Source of the DNA: an uncultured Nitrospiraceae bacterium | GTDB lineage: Bacteria; Nitrospirota; Thermodesulfovibrionia; Thermodesulfovibrionales; Dissulfurispiraceae | Assembly: GCA_963705105.1 (NCBI GenBank) | Contig: CAVPIW010000014.1 | Span: 254,262 to 318,261, forward strand | DNA length: 64,000 bases | Direction of reading: 5' to 3' | Shown here: positions 59,610 to 64,000 of the stretch, piece by piece | Position numbering within the stretch: position 1 is the stretch's first letter | Layout of the letters: every line of letters starts with the position of its first letter | Made by a program: the position numbers and the translations under genes | Notes under the pieces: generated by a model | The model's database searches: none | What the model saw: only the letters and a program-made list of their open reading frames with translations | What the model was told of the DNA's origin: nothing

Positions 59610-61763
59610 TCAGCGCTCCCTTCCGCCTCCGGAGCGCCCTCCCTGCCCCTCTCCCCTTTGAGGCCTCATGTCGGGCGTCGTCGGGGAAACGCCCTGGCCG
59701 GGAGGTTCGACCTGCTGGCCGGCGGCCGGGGCCCCGCCCCTCTCTTTCGGCGCCTCCCGCTGCCTGACCTCAGGAGCTTTCGGCCCTGACGAACCTTGCC
59801 CCTCTACCCGCGGAGCCCTCTGTACAGGAGGGGTTTGCCTCTCTACCTGAGGAACTCTCTGAGCCGGAGGAGGGGCCTGTCTCTCCACCTGCGGCGGCCT
59901 CTGTACCGGCGGCGGGGGGGTCTGCCCCGATTTCGGTTCCGGCTGCTTGAGCAGCGCCTTACCCCTCTCCTGCTGCTGCAGGTTGCGCTGTTCCGTTCCT
60001 CTGACCGTATCGGGCTTCTTCTGTTCCTCCAATTGCTTCACCCCCCCGGGTGCTTGACGGGTCCCTCGCGAAGAGTCGGGTTTTTGGGCGGGACTTTCGA
60101 TCATGGGCTTGACAGGCCCCGATTGTCCCTTCCGGCCTTGATCAACCGGCTTTAACGTTCTGTCAGGAACGGGGGCCTGCCGCTCCCTGCCCGTCGTGGC
60201 CGGACGTCGGTCTGCGGGAGCGATCACTTTTTCCTTCGGTTTTTCCGTCGCCTGCTTTCCGGCATCAATCTTCTCCCTGGCAGGCGCCGTTTCGGTCTTC
60301 TGCCGCTCCGGTGGCCTGACAGTGCGTGCCGGGGTCGATTCCCTCTCGATAAAGGATCGGTTTTCGGACCCGCGCTTCTCCGAGAAAACCCTCAGGGGCA
60401 TCGTCTTCTGCTGTGACTGGGGGCTGAGCACCGAGCGGGTCCGTTCCTTGACCATCGGCCGGCGGTGTTTCAGCTCGTCGACGCGCAGGTCCCTGACCTG
60501 CTGAGGCGGCTGTTTGGCCACAGGGATGTCCCTGATGACAGGCCTGGACGTGGCCCGTTCCGGACGGATCAGGGGCCTGCCGACACTGACCCTTTCGGTG
60601 AGGAAGGGGTTCTTCTGAACGGCCAGGGCCGTTCCCCTCCCCGTGATGAAGGTGTCCCGGTGAACGACGGTCACGCCGTGCTGCACATGCACATTCCGGT
60701 AGTCCCGCTGAATGTACATCTTGTTGATATTGACATTATAGATGTTCACGCTGTGGGGCCCGTAATGTCCATAACCGTAGTATATCTCCCTCGGCGCGAG
60801 AGGGACCCAGGCGACATAGGACGGTGTATAGACCCAGCCGACATAGCCGGGACCCCAGTAGACGGCTCCCCGGGCAGGCGGCACCCAGCACCATCCCCTT
60901 GGTGCGACGTGTACCCATCGCCCGTAGTGATGGGGGACCCAACCCCAGGGTTCATAGGAAATCCAGACATAATCGCCCCGGACCCAGGCCCATCTGCCCA
61001 TTTTGTAGGGGGACCACCCGAGGGAGACCGATACGGAGACGCCCGGAGACCACACATACCCGTAGTCCCGGACATAGCCCCAGGAGCCGTACTGGTCGAA
61101 ATAGGGCGAATATGTGTTGAGCTCATCGGGGAGATAGCGGGAACTGGTGTAGCTTCCTGCGTAGTAACGGTCGCGGTCCCGGTTCCACTGCTCCCAGGCG
61201 TCCGGCTGTGCTACGGGATATTCCTCGGCATAGCGGTCATCGCCGATGACGAGGGCCCTTCCGGCCTGGACCGTCGCCCTGCCGCTCCTGCTCTCGGTGC
61301 TGACTGTTCCAAGCAAAACGGAGATCTCCGTCACCCCTTTGTCAGGAACGTCCGTCCTGAAAACCGCTCTTTTATAGACCCTGGACGAGGAGTGAGGGGT
61401 GTCAAGCTGTAGGAAATTGTCCCCGCGGCCGCGAAAGTTGACATAGACCCGGCCCTGATTCAGAAAGGCCTGAATCGATTGCCTGTCCACGGAGAGGATG
61501 TCGAGGGACGAGCCTCCGTTGAGACGCATTATCGACCCGTCTCTTACGAACACTTCAGCCCTCGATCCGTCGGGGACCCAGATGCGGTCGCCCGCATAAA
61601 GCGGGGTGTTGATCGATGCGGGCACCCATTCTGACGTGTCCTCCGTCTGTATCTGCACGTCTCCCTCGATATGGCTGAAATGCAGCACGTCGAGGTTCGC
61701 CGACGCAAGCGACGGCAGGAGAATCAAAATGAGCAGGATGAAGCTGATCCTGTACCCTTTCAT
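59610..61763 (-). CDS. Secreted FecR-like + DUF6600 protein with a Pro/Gln-rich tail
   Basis: W..A..N.PL..GD.I; YG.W...YG.VW.P, W.PY..GRW, WISYEPWGW.P.HYGRW and W.PLAP.E motifs; GGAGG SD. Confidence 0.85.
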   Translation of the reverse strand: MKGYRISFILLILILLPSLASANLDVLHFSHIEGDVQIQTEDTSEWVPASINTPLYAGDRIWVPDGSRAEVFVRDGSIMRLNGGSSLDILSVDRQSIQAFLNQGRVYVNFRGRGDNFLQLDTPHSSSRVYKRAVFRTDVPDKGVTEISVLLGTVSTESRSGRATVQAGRALVIGDDRYAEEYPVAQPDAWEQWNRDRDRYYAGSYTSSRYLPDELNTYSPYFDQYGSWGYVRDYGYVWSPGVSVSVSLGWSPYKMGRWAWVRGDYVWISYEPWGWVPHHYGRWVHVAPRGWCWVPPARGAVYWGPGYVGWVYTPSYVAWVPLAPREIYYGYGHYGPHSVNIYNVNINKMYIQRDYRNVHVQHGVTVVHRDTFITGRGTALAVQKNPFLTERVSVGRPLIRPERATSRPVIRDIPVAKQPPQQVRDLRVDELKHRRPMVKERTRSVLSPQSQQKTMPLRVFSEKRGSENRSFIERESTPARTVRPPERQKTETAPAREKIDAGKQATEKPKEKVIAPADRRPATTGRERQAPVPDRTLKPVDQGRKGQSGPVKPMIESPAQKPDSSRGTRQAPGGVKQLEEQKKPDTVRGTEQRNLQQQERGKALLKQPEPKSGQTPPPPVQRPPQVERQAPPPAQRVPQVERQTPPVQRAPRVEGQGSSGPKAPEVRQREAPKERGGAPAAGQQVEPPGQGVSPTTPDMRPQRGEGQGGRSGGGRER

Positions 61764-61824
61764 GGCGAAACCTCCTTGTATCAACTATCTCTTGTTCTGA
61801 TATGCTGACGCTCTCAATAATTAT

Positions 61825-61840
61825 AGCAAATGCCCTGCCA
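61825..61840 (-). promoter_or_regulatory. sigma54 (-24/-12) promoter
   Basis: Minus strand TGGCAG-GGCAT-TTGCT with exact GG-N10-GC spacing, ~60 bp upstream of the FecR/DUF6600 start. Confidence 0.65.
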
Positions 61841-62054
61841 TTTCTCAGGACCCCACGTAATCAAGGCGTTCCGGTCATCTCATGGTCCTTCCGTTTTCCC
61901 CTTTTGGAATGGAAGTGACGAAATAGGGATACGTTTCTCAGTGTAAGTGTGAGTGTCAGTGTGAGTTGGAGGAATATATTGTCTTACTGTGCTGTTCAGG
62001 ATATAATCCGGCATAAGGTCTCACTGTATGCTTTTTTGGATATGAGCGACCTTT

Positions 62055-62241
62055 CACTGACACTCACACCGACACTGTGTATTTAAGATGCTGTTTTACC
62101 CTGCACTCGCACTGACACTCACACTGACACTGTTTCTTTAAGATGCTGTCTTACCCTTCACTCGCACTGACACTCACACTGACACTGTGTATTTAAGATG
62201 CTGTTTTACCCTGCACTCGCACTGACACTCACACTCACACT
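62055..62241 (+). repeat. 55-bp tandem repeat x3.4 built on CACTSA hexamers; inverted hexamer tract at ~61939-61967
   Basis: Unit CACTGACACTCACACTGACACTGTGTATTTAAGATGCTGTTTTACCCTGCACTCG at 62055, 62110, 62165 and partial at 62220. Confidence 0.92.
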
Positions 62242-62295
62242 ATTCATACCTTAATCGTTGATAAAACGGGAGATATTCCTGTAAGATGAAGGACC

Positions 62296-63396
62296 ATGGC
62301 TGAACGGGGCACAAAAAGCGAAACCCTCGCCTCCCTGCGGAAGAAAATCGACGAAATCGACGCCCTCCTCGTGGACCTCCTGAACAGGCGCGCGGACATC
62401 GTCGTCAAAATCGCCGGGATCAAGCGCGACTCCAAGATGACATTTCACTCGCCGGAGAGGGAACGGGAGATCATAGAGCGCGTCACCGCCCTCAACAAGG
62501 GGCTTTTCCCCAATGAAGGCCTGAAGGTCATTTTCCGGGAAATCATCTCCGCGTCCCTGTCTCTCGAGGAACCCCTGAGGATCGCCTACCTCGGTCCCGA
62601 GGGGACCTTTACACACCTGGCCGCGCTGAGACACTTCGGCTTCTCGTCGGCTTTCGTCCCCGTCGAGAGCATTCGCGACGTCTTCGACACCGTCGAAAAG
62701 GGAAACGCAAACTACGGTCTCGTGCCCATCGAGAACTCCAACGAGGGGGTGGTGAGTTACACCCTCGACATGTTCATGGATTATGACCTCAAGGTCTCCG
62801 CCGAGGTGATGCTCGACATCTCCCACAACCTCCTTTCGAAAAGCGGCGACATGAAAAGAGTTAAACGGATCTACTCCCATCCCCAGGCGGCGGCTCAATG
62901 CAGGATATGGCTCGAAGGGAACATGCAGGGCATCCCGGTGCTCGAATCGACGAGCACGGCGAGGGCCGCCGAGATCGCCGCACAGGACGAGGAGGCTGCC
63001 GCCATCGCGAGCGAACTCGCCGCCCGTCTCTACGACCTGAAATTCATCGAGCGAAAAATAGAGGACAACAAGCATAACTACACGAGGTTCCTCGTCATTT
63101 CCAGGGACTATCCGTCGAAGACGGGCAGTGACAAGACGTCAATCATGTTCTCGCTCAAGGACAGGCCCGGCGCCCTGTACGAGGTGCTCGTCCCCTTCAA
63201 GACGTCCCGGATCAATCTGACGAAAATCGAATCGAGGCCGTCCAAGAGGCGGGCCTGGGAATACATATTTTTTGCCGACATGGTGGGGCATATCGAGGAC
63301 AGGAAGGTCAGAAAGGCGATCGAGCAGGTCAAGGAAAGCTGTCTCTACCTGAAACACCTCGGTTCGTACCCCATCGGCGAGAAAGTCGAGAGGTGA
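62296..63396 (+). CDS. pheA: Bifunctional chorismate mutase/prephenate dehydratase
   Basis: LR..ID.ID..L..LLN.R, YLGPEGTFT, VPIENSNEG, SHPQA..QC, NYTRF and LTKIESRP motifs. Confidence 0.96.
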   Translation: MAERGTKSETLASLRKKIDEIDALLVDLLNRRADIVVKIAGIKRDSKMTFHSPEREREIIERVTALNKGLFPNEGLKVIFREIISASLSLEEPLRIAYLGPEGTFTHLAALRHFGFSSAFVPVESIRDVFDTVEKGNANYGLVPIENSNEGVVSYTLDMFMDYDLKVSAEVMLDISHNLLSKSGDMKRVKRIYSHPQAAAQCRIWLEGNMQGIPVLESTSTARAAEIAAQDEEAAAIASELAARLYDLKFIERKIEDNKHNYTRFLVISRDYPSKTGSDKTSIMFSLKDRPGALYEVLVPFKTSRINLTKIESRPSKRRAWEYIFFADMVGHIEDRKVRKAIEQVKESCLYLKHLGSYPIGEKVER

Positions 63397-63403
63397 CACA
63401 ACA

Positions 63404-64000
63404 ATGATACAACCGCTGGAACACATATCGCGCATCCAGCCCTATGTGCCGGGCAAGCCGATCAGGGAACTGGAGCGCGAACTGGGCCTGCAGGGCTCGA
63501 TCAAGCTCGCATCGAACGAGAATCCCCTCGGCTCTTCCCCCAAGGCGATGAAAGCGCTGCAGGATTTCCTGGCGAATGGCCGCGAGCTTCACCTCTACCC
63601 GGAAGGGAGCGGATATTATCTCAAAAACGCGCTATGCACGAAGCTCTCCACAGCGACAGGGGAACTCTCGCCCGAGCAGATCATCCTCGGCAACGGGTCC
63701 AATGAAATCCTCGATATGGCCGTGAGGACGTACATGGCTGCCGGTGATGAGGCGGTCATGGCCGCACCCTCCTTTGTCGTTTATGCAATGGCCGTCCAGT
63801 CCGTCGCCGGCGTCGCTCACATCGTTCCCCTCGTCGACTATACCCACGACCTTGCCGCTATGGCCGACAGGGTCACGGCGAAGACGAAGATGGTCTTTGT
63901 CGCCAACCCGAACAATCCGACGGGAACGATGAACAGGGCCGGTGAATTCGCCGCCTTCATGGAGCGCGTCCCCCAGGGCGTGCTCGTCGTTGTCGATGAG
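63404..64000 (+). CDS. hisC: Histidinol-phosphate aminotransferase (3'-truncated by the window edge)
   Basis: Translated by hand: MIQPLEHISRIQPYVPGKPI..KLASNENPLG, YP, GNGSNE, ANPNNPTG, VVDE; follows pheA. Confidence 0.92.
   Translation, partial: MIQPLEHISRIQPYVPGKPIRELERELGLQGSIKLASNENPLGSSPKAMKALQDFLANGRELHLYPEGSGYYLKNALCTKLSTATGELSPEQIILGNGSNEILDMAVRTYMAAGDEAVMAAPSFVVYAMAVQSVAGVAHIVPLVDYTHDLAAMADRVTAKTKMVFVANPNNPTGTMNRAGEFAAFMERVPQGVLVVVDE

Noticed and set aside
62055..62241. CRISPR array
   Set aside because: The would-be spacers are nearly identical, so this is a plain tandem repeat; there are no cas genes in the window.

Overview
A 64-kb bacterial chromosomal window; gene style suggests a Nitrospirota/deltaproteobacteria-like anaerobe, which is an inference only. 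From left to right: (1) 1-14.1 kb, a heavy-metal/oxyanion cluster: CzcB/CzcA-type RND pump, chrB, a PEP-utilising phosphotransferase-like enzyme, a ChrB-C/rhodanese fusion, chrA, an HD protein and an MFS transporter. (2) A ~15.7-kb defence island bracketed by a 172-bp duplication of the MFS gene 3' end. It carries a DUF433/PIN TA pair, a PLD-SNF2 helicase, a type IIG-like adenine methyltransferase split by an IS3 element, a UG/Abi-class reverse transcriptase 6 bp downstream of that MTase, a Schlafen-HATPase-HTH gene and a tyrosine recombinase/IS91-like transposase pair. (3) Core-like genes: PAS histidine kinase, EVE, LemA/DUF2207, PHP, DUF3187. (4) 40.5-50.2 kb, a decaying tandem array of transglutaminase-fold proteins with variable hydrophobic C-terminal tips, each coupled to a different membrane protein (polymorphic toxin/immunity-like), hit by IS256. 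(5) Xre-RES TA, a NifA-like sigma54 activator, an exported caspase operon whose protease and DUF4384 partner share a GSKDIVxEDK motif, an MCP, a FecR/DUF6600 protein, pheA and partial hisC. Four copies of a ~220-bp palindromic repeat, two MITE-like elements and a 55-bp tandem array are also present. Best candidates for undescribed systems: the RT inside an RM-like operon, the transglutaminase variable-tip array and the caspase/DUF4384 operon. All family assignments come from motif recognition by eye, not database searches.
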